Below, piece after piece: positions 1-12,317 of a DNA stretch of 64,000 bases. The notes beneath the pieces are model-generated. The model made no database searches. It saw only the letters and a list, made by a program, of their open reading frames with translations, and was not told where the DNA came from. Numbering within the stretch: position 1 is the first letter of the stretch; each line of letters opens with the position of its first letter. Origin of the DNA: Azolla caroliniana (taxonomy: Eukaryota; Plantae; Polypodiophyta). The translations under genes were made by a program, and so were the position numbers. The stretch spans positions 2,480,001 through 2,544,000 of the forward strand of contig JBHGNT010000014.1 of assembly GCA_043228905.1 (NCBI GenBank), in the 5' to 3' direction.

Positions 1-387
1 GCCTGAATATACAAAGTATGCGGGAGAGATAGACAGACAGAGATAATGCACACAAAGACTCAATTCAAAAATAGTACACAATCTGTACATAGGATCTGCT
101 CAATGAGCACTTTTATACAAGTCCATACGGACTGACAAAAGTACTGACATGTATTCAATGCCCATAAGTGAGCTCTACACTAATTCCCAAAAATATATTC
201 CTACGTGGAATATCTTTCCAACGGCCTCACGGTTTACGCACCGCTACGGCTTCTCGTTGCGCACCAGTCTGCGCACCGGTTTACGCACCCGGTTTATGCA
301 CCGGTTCGGCCTAATCGATCGATCCTAACCGATCCGGTTCTTGGCTTGCACAGCCGATCTGGCCAGTGTTGAGCTTGTATCTCAACA
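1..387 (-). mobile_element. Partial Ty1/copia LTR (runs off the window start), inserted in a chromovirus integrase
   Basis: Ends ...ctcaaca (TGTTGAG on minus). Block ttatacaagtcc...ggactga...ttcaatgc...cactaa resembles the copia LTR at ~39640-40096. Integrase-coding sequence starts right after it. Confidence 0.55.
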
Positions 388-703
388 ATCGATATACTAA
401 GATGGCACATTTCCTACCTTGTACTAAGGAAATCACTAGTGAAGAAACCATCGAAATTGTCACGGGTGAGGTATTTCGGCGTCATGGCCTCCCAAATAGT
501 ATCATCAGCGACCGTGGACCTCAATTCGTCTCGAAATTCTAGAAGCATCTCTTCAAAATGCTCAAGGTCACTTGTAACCTCTCCTCCGACTATCACCCTC
601 AAACAGACGAACAAGCATAACGACGAACAAGCAGAACGAACAAATCAAACGTTGGAACAGTATCTTCAGTGTTTTCTAAGCTATCAACAGGATAATTGGG
701 CGG
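388..703 (+). pseudogene. Chromovirus-type Ty3/gypsy integrase core, fragment 1
   Basis: Translates to TKMAHFLPCTKEITSEE...HGLPNSIISDRGPQFVSKF*...YHPQTD...ERTNQTLEQYLQCF...QDNWA, with a stop and a small duplication; continues at 13037. Confidence 0.85.
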
Positions 704-1347
704 TGTCGTGAAGAAAACCGTCCACAAGCGGAATCGGTGCACCAAAGCGTAGGAACCGGCTCTTTATGCACGTGCGCCTTATGTTGTACATAGGAGATCC
801 TAGGCGGGCAGATTCGGTAGGTAGGAAGTAAAGGGGAAACGGCTCCTTCCTAGCCTATAAAAGGAGGGAGACGAGGAGGAGAAAAGGGGATCGCGGAGAG
901 TCGAGGACGAAGTGCTGTCGGTTTGCGTGCGAAGGCTTCTCTCTCTCTCTCTTTCTGGTTGCAAACGCCATAGCTTCCTTCTGTGCAGGTTTCGGGAGGC
1001 CCGCGCTGCTCTGAGGAATGCCCGAGTGCTTCCGGCAGCACCTCCAACCTACTCATCCTCCTCTGTGCGTTTACGAGCAGGTATCAGCATCTGTTTGCCG
1101 GCCTGTTCAGTTGTAACCGACTTCGTGTTTTGTTGTCTTCGCGTTCTTGTTGTTTGTCTTTGTTAATACATACATACATTCGTGTCTTTCTGTGTCGCTG
1201 TCCCACTTGCGTCTTTGCGTCGAAGGGCCGTGTCCCTGTGGATCTACGCTCGCACGTAGAGGGTTCTTCCCACTCCTCTCTCGCTCTTTGGTACAGGACC
1301 CCCGAGGTTCCGCCTCATTCCACGCATCCGCGAGGAATACCTCGACA
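704..1347 (+). repeat. 5' LTR of Gypsy-A (644 bp)
   Basis: TGTCGTGAAG...CTCGACA; TATAAAA near 856; differs from the 3' LTR by about 4 transitions and one CT unit. Confidence 0.96.
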
Positions 1348-1351
1348 TCTT

Positions 1352-1369
1352 TGGTGAACCCGACGTGAA
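1352..1369 (+). promoter_or_regulatory. Primer binding site complementary to the tRNA-Trp 3' end
   Basis: TGGTGAACCCGACGTGAA matches plant tRNA-Trp ...TTCACGTCGGGTTCA-CCA as recalled; identical PBS at 19620-19637 (-). Confidence 0.85.
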
Positions 1370-1391
1370 AGAGGCGGCAGAAGAACAGAAG

Positions 1392-3421
1392 ATGAGGGGG
1401 TCGGATCTTGCAGAGGCCATGGCTCCGGCCGTGGATCGGATATTGAGCACACGCGAGGGCACCGGTGCCCTCGACAGAGCCATTGAGGCGGTCGTCGGTA
1501 CGATCGGCCGTTTCAGCGGAAAGGATGCTACGAAGTATTTGGCGTCCTACGGGGCGGAAATGCTGATGCGGGACATTCCAGAAGAGAGGCGTCTTGCCGG
1601 GTTCCCTCGAGTGGCGATGCCGAGCATCCATGCGGAGGTGCTCGAGGTACGGGCAGAGAGCCGTACCTGGGAGGAGTTCGAAGGCCGACTCCTAGAGAAA
1701 TATGGGCTGGACGACGCGCTCCAGCTTTCGAAACGGGACTTCATGGAATGGGTGGAGTCCCCCGGCAAAGGAAGAAACGTGTCGGCACTCCTCCGGGAGT
1801 TCGAAGAACGCTTTGCGCGCCTTTCGGCGCTTGACCGAACCATTCTGGATACGAGCCGGGTCCTACTGTTCGTCAAGTCGGTGGATGAGCGGGACCGGGA
1901 TCAAGTCGGCTCCTTGCTGGAAACTGAAGACGGGCTGACAACCGACTGGGCTGCGGTTAAGAGAGTCTATAGCCGTTTCGACAAACGGCGAGAATGGGCT
2001 GACAACGGGGCGGCCAGTGCGGGCTCTGTTACAGCAAGGAGGCTTGAACCGGCACCGCAAGTGCGAAGGGAAGAAACCCGGGAATGGCCCGAAACCGGTC
2101 CGGCTTCGACCAGCATGGTCAATGGCTCGTCCGGAAGAGCAGCACTAGAGGAGTTGACGCGGGCGATAAAGGATCTCCAGATCGCCCAGACTCGAAGGGA
2201 AGGCGGCGAACCGGCTCGTGACCGACGGTCGGCAGCGGGGAACAGGTGCATGTGGTGCGACGAGGTCGGCCACATTCGGAAGGACTGCGGCGATTTCGCA
2301 GAGGCGTTGAGAAACCGGGTGGTGTACCTGTGGGAAGGCCGGGTGCACGCTGGCGACACCAGGAGGGCCCTGAGCCGAAACGACGGGCGAGGAGGTATGA
2401 AGAGACTGATGGAAGAGGCAGCGGCCCGACACGTGGAGGCCATCCACTACTCGGCGTCAGCCGGTATTCAAGTCGGGGGCAGAGAGGCCCGAAAGGAGAG
2501 TAAAGACGGTTTCTAGTCGGCAATGCTGGAAGGCCTCGCCGGCGCGCGGCTGAGGAAAGATGAAACGGACCGCGCTGAGAGACGGGTCCGGGAAATAACC
2601 GGGTGGAGCGATCCGGTCGAGGAGAAGACGGGCTTCGTAGAAGCCGCTTGCCGGAACTACGAGGCTCTGGTAGAAGAAAAACAAGTGGGGAAAGCCGGAG
2701 TGGCCGGGCCCTCACAACGGTACGAGACCCGATTCGGGCAACGACGGAACGATGCCGGTGGGCCCGGCCCGCAAGATAACCCCAGGAAGGGCGGGTACCG
2801 ACTGGGGACAGAAATAGAAAGGACTACGGACCTACGAAAGGTCCTAGAAGAACGGATCCTCGACAGCAAACTGGAGCTGTCATTACGGGAGGTGCTAGGG
2901 ATCGCCAAGAAGGAGTTCCACGACTCCATTGTAGACTTGGTGAAACGGAAGAGACTGTCGACGGAGACGGAACCGGAAAGACCGGTGGAGGTGCGGACGA
3001 CGCACATCGACGACTCGGCGCTGGAAGATGAGTGGGCAGAGAGCCACTATTCGAGGCCGCACTGGGCCCGAGCGACCACGGAGACCCCGGTAAAAATCGG
3101 AGGTGTTCAGGAACCGGTGGTGGCGTTGGTAGACCACGGTTCGGAAATAAACCTAATGTCCATGGACTTCTATAAGAAGGGAAAGTGGCCGATCAACACC
3201 AGGCACGGGTGGAAGATACGGGCGGCGACGCGCGCCACCGAGGAACTGCATGGGGCCTGCCCGAATGTGCGAGTAAAGATCGGCGACGTCGAGATTGACC
3301 AGCACTTCTTCGTACAGGAGACGTCCTCGCATCCGGTCATATTAGGGGAACCATACATCACGACAGCTCGAATGGAGACCAAGGTGCTAGACAACGGTTC
3401 GGCCTACGCAAGGGTCAAAAG
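1392..3421 (+). pseudogene. Gag-protease ORF1 of Gypsy-A, with an internal TAG at 2514-2516; interrupted by Copia-1, ends at 8853
   Basis: Zinc knuckle CMWCDEVGHIRKDC; protease motif ALVDHGSEINLM; ORFs 1365-2516 and 2523- share a frame; the relative has Trp at the stop (RFWQD). Confidence 0.88.
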
Positions 3422-6400
3422 TGTTGGGAATCAACGCTTCGATTCACCTTCTTCGCTCGGCCACAACCGAGTAATCGCGGATCAATGCAGCAGAAAATAG
3501 AAACCAAAGAGAGAAACACACGAGTACACAGGGATTAACGTGGAAAACCCTAGATGGGAAAAAACCACGGGAGTACAAGACTCCAAACAACACTATACAA
3601 AGAGAAGTATACAATGACGAGCTCCAAGGCGACGACCTTGAGCTCGCTGTCCTCGCCACAGGCGGCGGAAATACACAGAGGCGTCGTCCTCTTCCTCTCT
3701 CGCGCTCTATCTCTCTCTCTCTCACGGCTGCTCCCTCTTCACTCCTCTTGAGTGGAAAAACAGAAAAATGATCAGCAACTACAAAACGAATTGCCCTAAG
3801 TCATATTTATACATATATGACTTTGGGGCTATTTACAACTATAGCCTCAGGGGCCCATAGCAGACATATTCACGGATATGTCCCTGCATTCGGATCGCTC
3901 TCCGGGTACATTCATCATCCGGCTCCGAAGTCGGGGTCTTCCTCATCCGGTTCCGATACCGAAACCGGGCTTGTCGGCATTCATCTCCGATATCCGACCA
4001 TCCCATCCGAAGGGACCGTAATTCCAACAAACTCCCCCTTCACTTCGGCATGGGATGTCTCTCCAATCCGATCCTCTTCCGGCATGCTTCCAGCTTGTCG
4101 GGTGTGAGGACCTTGGTCAGCATATCCGACCCGTTCTCGTCCGTGTGGATCTTTGTCAGCACGAACTCCTTGTCTTCTATCCTTTCCCGGATCCAGTGAT
4201 ATCTTCGCTGGATGTGCTTCGTCCGGGAGTGATAGGCCGCGTTCTTCGCAAGGTGGATTTCACTCTGACTGTCGCAGTAGAGTCGGTACTCCTCCTGCCG
4301 GATACCGAGCTCTCTAATGAAGTCCTTCATCCATATTATTTCCTTGCCGGCTTCAACAGCTGCCATGTACTCCGCCTCCGTGGTTGACAACGCAACCGTC
4401 TTCTGCAGCCTCGACTGCCACGAAACAGCTCCCCCTGCATACGTCATCACATACCCTGATGTGGACCGGCTGGTATCTGCATCAGCCGACATATCCGAAT
4501 CGGTGAAACCGTCGAGTTCGGGTTTACCGGAGCCGAATCGGAGGCACACATTCGCTGTGCCCTTCAGGTATCGGAGTATCCACTTGACCGCGTTCCAATG
4601 CTCTTTGCCGGGATTGCTCATGTACCGGCTCACCACTCCGACTGCATATCCGATGTCCGGTCTCTTACACACCATGGCGTACATCAAGCTCCCGACGGCT
4701 GAGGCATACGGCACTTTCATCATATCCTCCTTTTCAGCCTTTGTCTTGGGACTTTGCTTGCTGGACAGCTTGCAGTTTGTCGTGAGGGACGATCCGACCG
4801 GTCTCGCTTCCGACATGTTGAACCGGTGAAGCACCTTCGTCACGTACTTTTCTTGTGACAGCCACAACTGCTTCTTCTTCCGGTCCCGTATGATGTGCAT
4901 CCCTAGTATTTGTCTCGCCGGACCCAGGTCCTTCATTGAGAAGGTTCGGTGAAGAGCCTTCTTCAGCATCCGTATCTTGATCTGGTCCCGTCCGACGATC
5001 AACATGTCGTCCACGTACAGGAGGAGTATGAGAAAGTCTCCTCCTTCGAACTTCTTCACAAACACGCAGTGGTCGGACTGCGTTTTGAGGTACCCTTCGT
5101 CGGTCATGAAGGAGTCGAACTTCCGGTACCATTGCCGGGGTGCCTGCTTCAGTCCGTAAAGGCTCTTCTTCAACCGACATACCAGGTGCTCCTTCCCTTT
5201 CTTCTCGAATCCTTCCGGTTGCTGCATGTAGATCTCTTCTTCGAGGTCACCGTGAAGGAATGTCGTCTTTACGTCCATCTGTTCTACCTCGAGGTCCATG
5301 CTTGCCGCTATGCTCAGCACCGTCCGGATGGAGGTCATCTTCACTACCGGGGCAAATATCTCGTCGAAGTCGACGCCCTTCTTTTGCTGAAACCCCTTCA
5401 CCACGATCCTGGCTTTGTATCTCGGGGGGTTTCCGGCATCTCCCGGTTTCAGCTTGAACACCCACTTGTTTCGAAGTGCCCGCTTTCCTTTCGGCAACTC
5501 CACAAGTTCATATGTGTGGTTCTCATGCAAGGAATCCATCTCGTCCTGCATGGCACTCAACCACCTGCGGCTCTGGGTGTCATGCTTTGCTTCTTCAAAG
5601 CTCTCCGGCTCCCCCTCGTCGGTTAGCAGTACGTGCTCTGGTTCCGGAAATCTCCGGGGGGCCCTTCTCTCTCTTAGAGGATATCTCCGTTCCGGAGCTT
5701 CGGTAACCGGTTCTTCCGATTCTTCTTCATCCGAATCCATTTCGGGATCGGGGCCGGTTCCGGTATCGTTTTCATCTTCTTCCGCCGGTTCTGTTTCTTC
5801 ACCGTCTTCGGCCGGATCCTCGAGTGCTAACCGGTCCCTTGCCGGTCGGGACTGCTCCTCGTAGAGTTGATCCTCACCGGTCGACTTGGAGCTCTTCACC
5901 TTCTTCTCCGACTCCCAGTCGGCGAGTGTCTTGTCCTCCATGAAGATGATGTCTCGACTCCTGAATATCTTCTTGTCGACCGGGTCCCATACTCGGTAGC
6001 CGAACTCGTCATCGCCGTAACCGAGGAATATGCATGGCCGGGTCTTTGGATCTAGCTTTCCTCTCCGGTCCTTTGCCACATGCACGTATGCGAGACACCC
6101 GAACACCTTCAGATGCCGGTAGGACACTTCCTTACCGGTCCACACTTTCTGCGGCGTGTCTCCGTCCAAAGGTACTGAGGGTGATCTGTTTATCACGTAT
6201 GTCGCCGTCGACATTGCCTCAGCCCAAAACCCCTTGGGTAATTTCGCATGCGCCAGCATACTCCGGACCCTCTCCATTATGGTCCGGTTCATCCTCTCGG
6301 CCAGCCCGTTCAGTTCCGGCGTCTTCGGCACAGTAAACTCGAGTCGGATTCCCTTCGAGCGACAGTACTCCTGGAACTGCCCCCGGTATTCCCCTCCGTT

Positions 6401-8751
6401 ATCCGCTCGTATCGCTTTCAGCTTCTTGCCGGATTCCCTTTCCACTCTCGCGTGGAGTTCTTTGAAGACGCACAACGCTTGGTCCTTTGTCTTCAACGGT
6501 GCCGTCCACAGCTTCCGGCTGTGATCATCAATGAATGTTACGAAGTACTGGGCTCCGCCATGTGACTTCGTTTCTACCTGACACACATCAGTGTGCACCA
6601 ACTCCAATGGTGCGCTACGTCTCGTCGGTGGCCTTGAGTGGAAGGAGGTTCGGTTCTGCTTACCGGCCAGGCAATCGGTGCACTTCTCCAGGTGCACTTG
6701 CTTCACTGGAATAAGGTTGTCTTCTGCAAGCCTCTTCATCCCCTTCTCACTCATGTGGCACAGTCTTTTGTGCCACAGCTCACCGGCAGTGTCGGTTGCC
6801 ACATTCAGCTCTTCCGGACATAACCGGGCATTCATCAGGTACAGTGTGTTGTCTTTCCGGGCCCGAGCCACTATCAGGCTCCCCTTGCTGAACTTCATTA
6901 TGCCGTTCCGGATGCTACCTGTGTAGCCTTCATCGTCTAGCCTCCCGGCCGAAATCAGGTTCAATCGAACCTCCGGAACGTGTCAGACATCCTTCAGCAG
7001 CATTTTGCATCCGGTCGGGGTTGTCAACCACACGTCTCCGATGCCGGCAATCCGGCACGTACCTTCATTTCCCATCCGAACACAGCCATGCTCACCGGCT
7101 GTGTAGGATGAGAAGTATCTTCTCTCCGGGGTCAGGTGGAACGATGCTCCGGAATCGACCACCCAGGTCGTCTCATTGTCGGCAATGTTTAGTTCACCTT
7201 CTTCGGTGATGAGCATGATTTCTTCCTCACTTGCCGCGAGTGCCGTCGTTCCTTTCCGGTCCTGCCCTCGCCGATCCGAACCTCTCCGGTCCGTGGCTCC
7301 CCGGTATGCACCGTTTCTCTCCGGTGACTTCTTCGAATCGGTGTCGTCGGCTCCGTTGTCTTTTCGGTAATGCCGACAATTCTTTCGAAAGTGCCCCGGC
7401 TTCCCACAGTGGAAGCATGTGGGCCTTCCTCTTGACTGCGACCGGGTCCCCGACTTCTCCCGTCTTTGCGGACTCCGGTTCCATTGTCTTCCCCGATCTG
7501 ATTCGGTAAGCAGCGCCTTCGAGTCGGAGGCCGGTTCTTTATCTCTCCGACGCGCTTCTTCGTTCAAAATACTTGTCTTTACCGTTTGTAAGGACAAGTT
7601 ATCTTCGGTGCACGAGGTGCTGAGAGTCACCACCAAGTTCTCCCAGCTTTCCGGCAATGTACACATCAGGATGATGGCTTGCATTGCATCCTCCAACGGG
7701 AACTTGATCGCCGCAAGCTGATTCACGAATCCCATGAACGTGCTTACGTGTTCCACCATACTCTCGCCGTCCCGGTACTTGAGATTCACTATCTTCCTCA
7801 TCAGGGAGGTCCGGTTCAACGCATTCTTCCTCTCGTAGAGGCCCGACAGCTTCTTCCACATCTCATATGCGTTGGTGTCGTTTGCCACATGTTGTAGGAC
7901 GCTCACGTCGACGTATTGCCGAATGGTTGCAACGGCTTTCCGGTTCAGAAGCCTCCATTCCGACTCAAGTACCCCTTTCGGTATTTCCGACCTGTCAATC
8001 GGTTCGTACAGGTCCCGAACAATCAGAAGATCCTCCATCTTGATCTTCCAGTCGGCGTAATTCTGCGCATTCAGCACCATCATCCCCGGCTGCCCGCTGC
8101 CGCCGCCTTCCATTTTCTGCAGCAGTTCGCTCTGATACCAGTTTGTTGGGAATCAACGCTTCGATTCACCTTCTTCGCTCGGCCACAACCGAGTAATCGC
8201 GGATCAATGCAGCAGAAAATAGAAACCAAAGAGAGAAACACACGAGTACACAGGGATTAACGTGGAAAACCCTAGATGGGAAAAAACCACGGGAGTACAA
8301 GACTCCAAACAACACTATACAAAGAGAAGTATACAATGACGAGCTCCAAGGCGACGACCTTGAGCTCGCTGTCCTCGCCACAGGCGGCGGAAATACACAG
8401 AGGCGTCGTCCTCTTCCTCTCTCGCGCTCTATCTCTCTCTCTCTCACGGCTGCTCCCTCTTCACTCCTCTTGAGTGGAAAAACAGAAAAATGATCAGCAA
8501 CTACAAAACGAATTGCCCTAAGTCATATTTATACATATATGACTTTGGGGCTATTTACAACTATAGCCTCAGGGGCCCATAGCAGACATATTCACGGATA
8601 TGTCCCTGCATTCGGATCGCTCTCCGGGTACATTCGTCATCCGGCTCCGAAGTCGGGGTCTTCCTCATCCGGTTCCGATACCGAAACCGGGCTTGTCGGC
8701 ATTCATCTCCGATATCCGACCATCCCATCCGAAGGGACCGTAATTCCAACA
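3422..8751 (-). mobile_element. Full-length young Ty1/copia element (Copia-1), Tork/Tnt1-like
   Basis: 608-bp LTRs at 3422-4029 and 8144-8751 with one visible mismatch; TSD AAAAG (3417-3421 / 8752-8756); tRNA-iMet PBS TGGTATCAGAGC at 8129-8140; PPT AAGGGGGAG beside 4030. Confidence 0.97.
4040..8113 (-). pseudogene. Copia-1 gag-pol polyprotein (Gag, CCHC, PR, INT, RT, RH) with one CGA>TGA stop at 6983-6985
   Basis: Motifs CFHCGKPGHFRKNC, WVVDSGASFH, LWHKRLCH, ADNGGEY, YVDDML, VPYASAVGSLMYAM, DMLTK; both ORFs share a frame; Copia-2 has Arg at the stop. Confidence 0.93.
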
Positions 8752-8843
8752 AAAAGCCAGGACGGGCGCCATTCGGTCCAATTTCTGACCGTGAGACCGA
8801 ATCACGAGAGGAACCGCGAATCCCTCGGTGGCGAGAACCGGGA

Positions 8844-8910
8844 GGATTTTTAGAGAGGGCTGCCAAGGCGTGGGGCCGAGACAGTCCGGACACTCGGGAA
8901 AGACCCCACG
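8844..8910 (+). other. Putative -1 programmed ribosomal frameshift signal (G_GAU_UUU plus pseudoknot)
   Basis: ORF1 ends GAG GAT TTT TAG; the -1 frame is open from here into pol; stems GGGCTG/CAGTCC and CGTGGGG/CCCCACG; counterpart at 17446-17508 (-). Confidence 0.75.
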
Positions 8911-11900
8911 ACTGTACGATAGGTAGAAAATTTTGCTTCTCCAACAATGGAGGGTGTATGATAGTCGGCATCGTCGACCAAGAAAAGACAAGGGCGGAAG
9001 TGCGACTTCGAGCGTGCGGAGTTCTCGGCCCGGACGAGGAAATCAGCGGAGCCGTGGAGACGGTCTCCTCCGACGACACCTTGGGAATGCTGAGGAAGGT
9101 AGCCGGAGAAGACCTTAACGAAGACCGGACGATACCGGTATGTTCCGAAGAGATGTACGAAGTCATCGCGAACTTCAGTCAGGGGCTCAGGTCGGATCGG
9201 ATGGCCCGAGTTAGCACGAAGTACAAGACTGTGGACCGGAAGGTAAGGCCAGTCGCGGCACCCTTGCCGGAGGGCAGCGAGTCCCGAATCAGAGGGGTGG
9301 CGTCGGACCCCAGTTTACGAGACCCGGCCTGCATAGGACACACCTTCACTGACGGGACGCTCCGGGAGCTCAGGATCGGTGGGGGCGGGTTCCTACTGCC
9401 TGCGGAGGAAGACCGGTTTCGGAAAATGCTCGGAAGGCACGGGAAAGCCTTCGCATTCTCGCCGGAAGAAATCGGGTGCGTAGACCCGACGATCGTGGAG
9501 CCGATGGTGATATTCACGGTACCACATGTACCGTGGAATCTCAAGCCGATTCCAGTACCGAGAGCTCACATCCCGAAGTTGATGGAGCTATTGAGGCAGA
9601 AAGTCGATATGGGTATTCTCGAACCGTCGAGCGCGCCATACTCGAACCGATGGTTTACCGTACCAAAGAAAAACGGAACATTGCGCTTCATTCAGGACCT
9701 GCAGCCGGTCAACAGAGTGACCATCCGGAACGCAGGAATCGAACCGACCATAGACGAATTCGCGGAGGCCTTCGCCGGAAGGTCAATTTACTCGGTCGGT
9801 GATCTGTACTCAGGGTACGACCAGTTCCAGCTAGCCGTGGAGAGCAGAGACATTACGACAATGCGAACTCCCCTCGACCTAGTGCGAATGTGTACCCTGC
9901 CACAAGGAGGGACCAACTCAGTGGCCCACATGGTGAATGCAATGAACAAAGTACTGAGGGATTGCATCCCGGACATCACCATGCCGTTTCTAGACGACAT
10001 CCCCATAAAGGGGTGCCCAGTGGAAGAGAAGGACGAGACACTCGGGCCGGACGGATGCCGGCGATTCGTAGCAACACACATCGACGACTGCGAGAAGGTG
10101 CTACAAAGGCTAGAGGATGCGAGGCTCACCTTCTCCGGGGAGAAATCGGCCTTCGGGCAACCAGAAATCCTGGTGGTCGGGCATCTATGTGGACCATATG
10201 GCCGGAAGCCGTCTCCGGCAAAGGTAGAAGCCATCTCCGCGATGAAGACCGACTGTAGCTCGGTTACGGAAGTTCGGAGGTTCCTGGGGGCATGCGCGTT
10301 CTACCACATATGGATCCCGCATTACGCCCACGTTGCAGAGCCACTATACGGGTTGCTGAAGAAGGGGCAAAGATTTGAGTGGCGAGACGAGCACACGGGG
10401 TCGGTCCGGAAGCTGAAGGAGGCTCTTACGGCAGCACCGGCGCTCCGGAAGGCTGTCTACGAGAAGGGTACCCCGGTATACATAACGGTGGATACGAGCC
10501 CGACCGGGATCGGATGGGTCGTCAACCAAGAAGACGAGGACGGCACCCGGTTCCCGATCCGATTCGGCGCTAAGGTCCTCAGTGAGCGACAGCGAGGGTA
10601 CGCCCAGGTTAAACGCGAACTCTGGGGTATCGTTTCGGCGGTAAACGCGGACAAAGACTACCTGATCGAGATAGAAGTGATTATCGAGACGGATTGCCTG
10701 CCGATTCTCGGCATGGTTTCCGGATGCGCGACACCGGACCTGGCGATGCTCAGGTGGATAGCGTACATCAAGTCCCTGGACCCGGAGATACGACACATTT
10801 CCGGAAAGGACAACGCCATGGCCGACATGCTTTCGAGGGCGAGGTTTGATGACGAGGGCGGCATGGTTTCGGAGGACGAAGAAGTCGGCGTGGACTTCTT
10901 CGAGGCGGCGTACGTGACGACCGATGGGACGAGCACTCCGGCACTTAACGACTTCGACGAGAGCAAGTACGACGACGAGTGGCTCCAGATCGGTGGATTC
11001 TTGAGGACAATGATGCCAGATGCGTCATGGACGAAGGACGAGGCCAACCGGATCCGGAAGAAAGCTTACCGATTCTTTCTTCGGGACGGATACTTATGGA
11101 AGCACCCGAAGAAGAGGGACGGCACTCCGCTCCGGGTGGTGGCGATGAAGGAAGAACAGGAGGAGCTGCTGACGGCCTACCACGACAGCCCTTGGGCCGG
11201 ACACCGTGGAACCTGGGCCACGTTCGAGAAGATAAAGGGGAAGTACTGGTGGCCGGGACTGTACCGGGACGTGCATCGATTCGTGACAACTTGCAGGAGC
11301 TGTCAGATGCACTCCGTGGTCCGACACCAGGACGAGCTTCACCCTACGTACCCTCCGACCATCCACTTCAAATGGATGGTAGACCTGGTGACGATGCCGA
11401 TGGGAGTAGGACAGATGCGGTATATGGTCCTGGCTCGGGAAGATCTAACGAACCAGGTAGAAGGCCGGGCCCTTCAGAACAAAACGACCGCGGCCGTATG
11501 TCGGTTCCTGATTGAGGACGTGATATGCCGGTACGGGTGCGTCGGGAAGATTGTGGCTGATCGCGGGGAGTTGGACGCCGAAGAGGCCGAGGAGCTGTTC
11601 GACCGGCTAGGAGTCAAGCTCTCGCTTACCACTGCGTACAATCCGGAGGCGAATGGAAAGGTGGAGCGCGGACACGGACCAATCGTCAAGGCGTTAGTTC
11701 GGGCATGTGGAGGTCAAGTCGGGAACTGGCCGCGGCTGCTGCCTTACGCGTTGTGGGCGGACCGAACTACGCATAGTTCAGTAACCGGATTCATGCCGGC
11801 AGAACTCATGTTTGGGCAGAAGCCGGTCATGCCAATGGAACGTACGATCTCCTCGTGGGCAACCGTGGACTGAAGAAACGAGATGAGCAGGGAGGAACTG

Positions 11901-12317
11901 CTGGCGGCGCGCATACGACAACTCGAGCGGAGACCGGAGGACGTGGAGCGGGCTGCGGAAAGGCTTCGGGTGGCCAGGACGAGGAACAAAGCCCGGTTCG
12001 ACCGGACGCACCGGCTCCGACCGAAGAAGATCGAGGAAGGCGATTGGGTGCTAGTCTACGACAGCAGCCTCGACAACCAGCACCGAGCGACACGGAAGTT
12101 CGCAAGAAGGTGGTTCGGGCCTTACGTGGTACAAAGCGCCAACAACAACGGGACGTACCATCTGGCGGAGCTCGACGGTACGCGAATGGCGATACCGGTA
12201 GCGGGGAAGCGGGTCAAAGCGTTCAAGAAGCGTCACGACAACGAGCCGGATCCGGTTAACCTGGACCGGGACGACGAACGATCCGAAACCGAGGAAGAAC
12301 CGACGGGCGGGGAATGA
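8850..12317 (+). pseudogene. Pol (RT-RNaseH-integrase) of Gypsy-A, with one TGA at 11871-11873
   Basis: RT DLYSGYDQ / LPQG / FLDDI; RH VDTSPTGIG, RELWG, TDC; INT H-H-C-C, ADRGE, NGKVERGH, WFGPY; relatives have Trp at the stop. Confidence 0.93.

Noticed and set aside
1352-1369. tRNA gene
   Set aside because: Only an 18-nt complement of a tRNA 3' end beside an LTR, i.e. a PBS.
2514-2516. TAG between Gag and protease as a programmed readthrough site
   Set aside because: Gypsy-B has Trp here, so TGG>TAG decay is simpler; the same applies to the TGA at 11871.
4055-6926. Many antisense and alternate-frame ORFs over the retroelement polyproteins and LTRs
   Set aside because: Shadow ORFs expected from GC-rich codon usage; no recognisable motifs.
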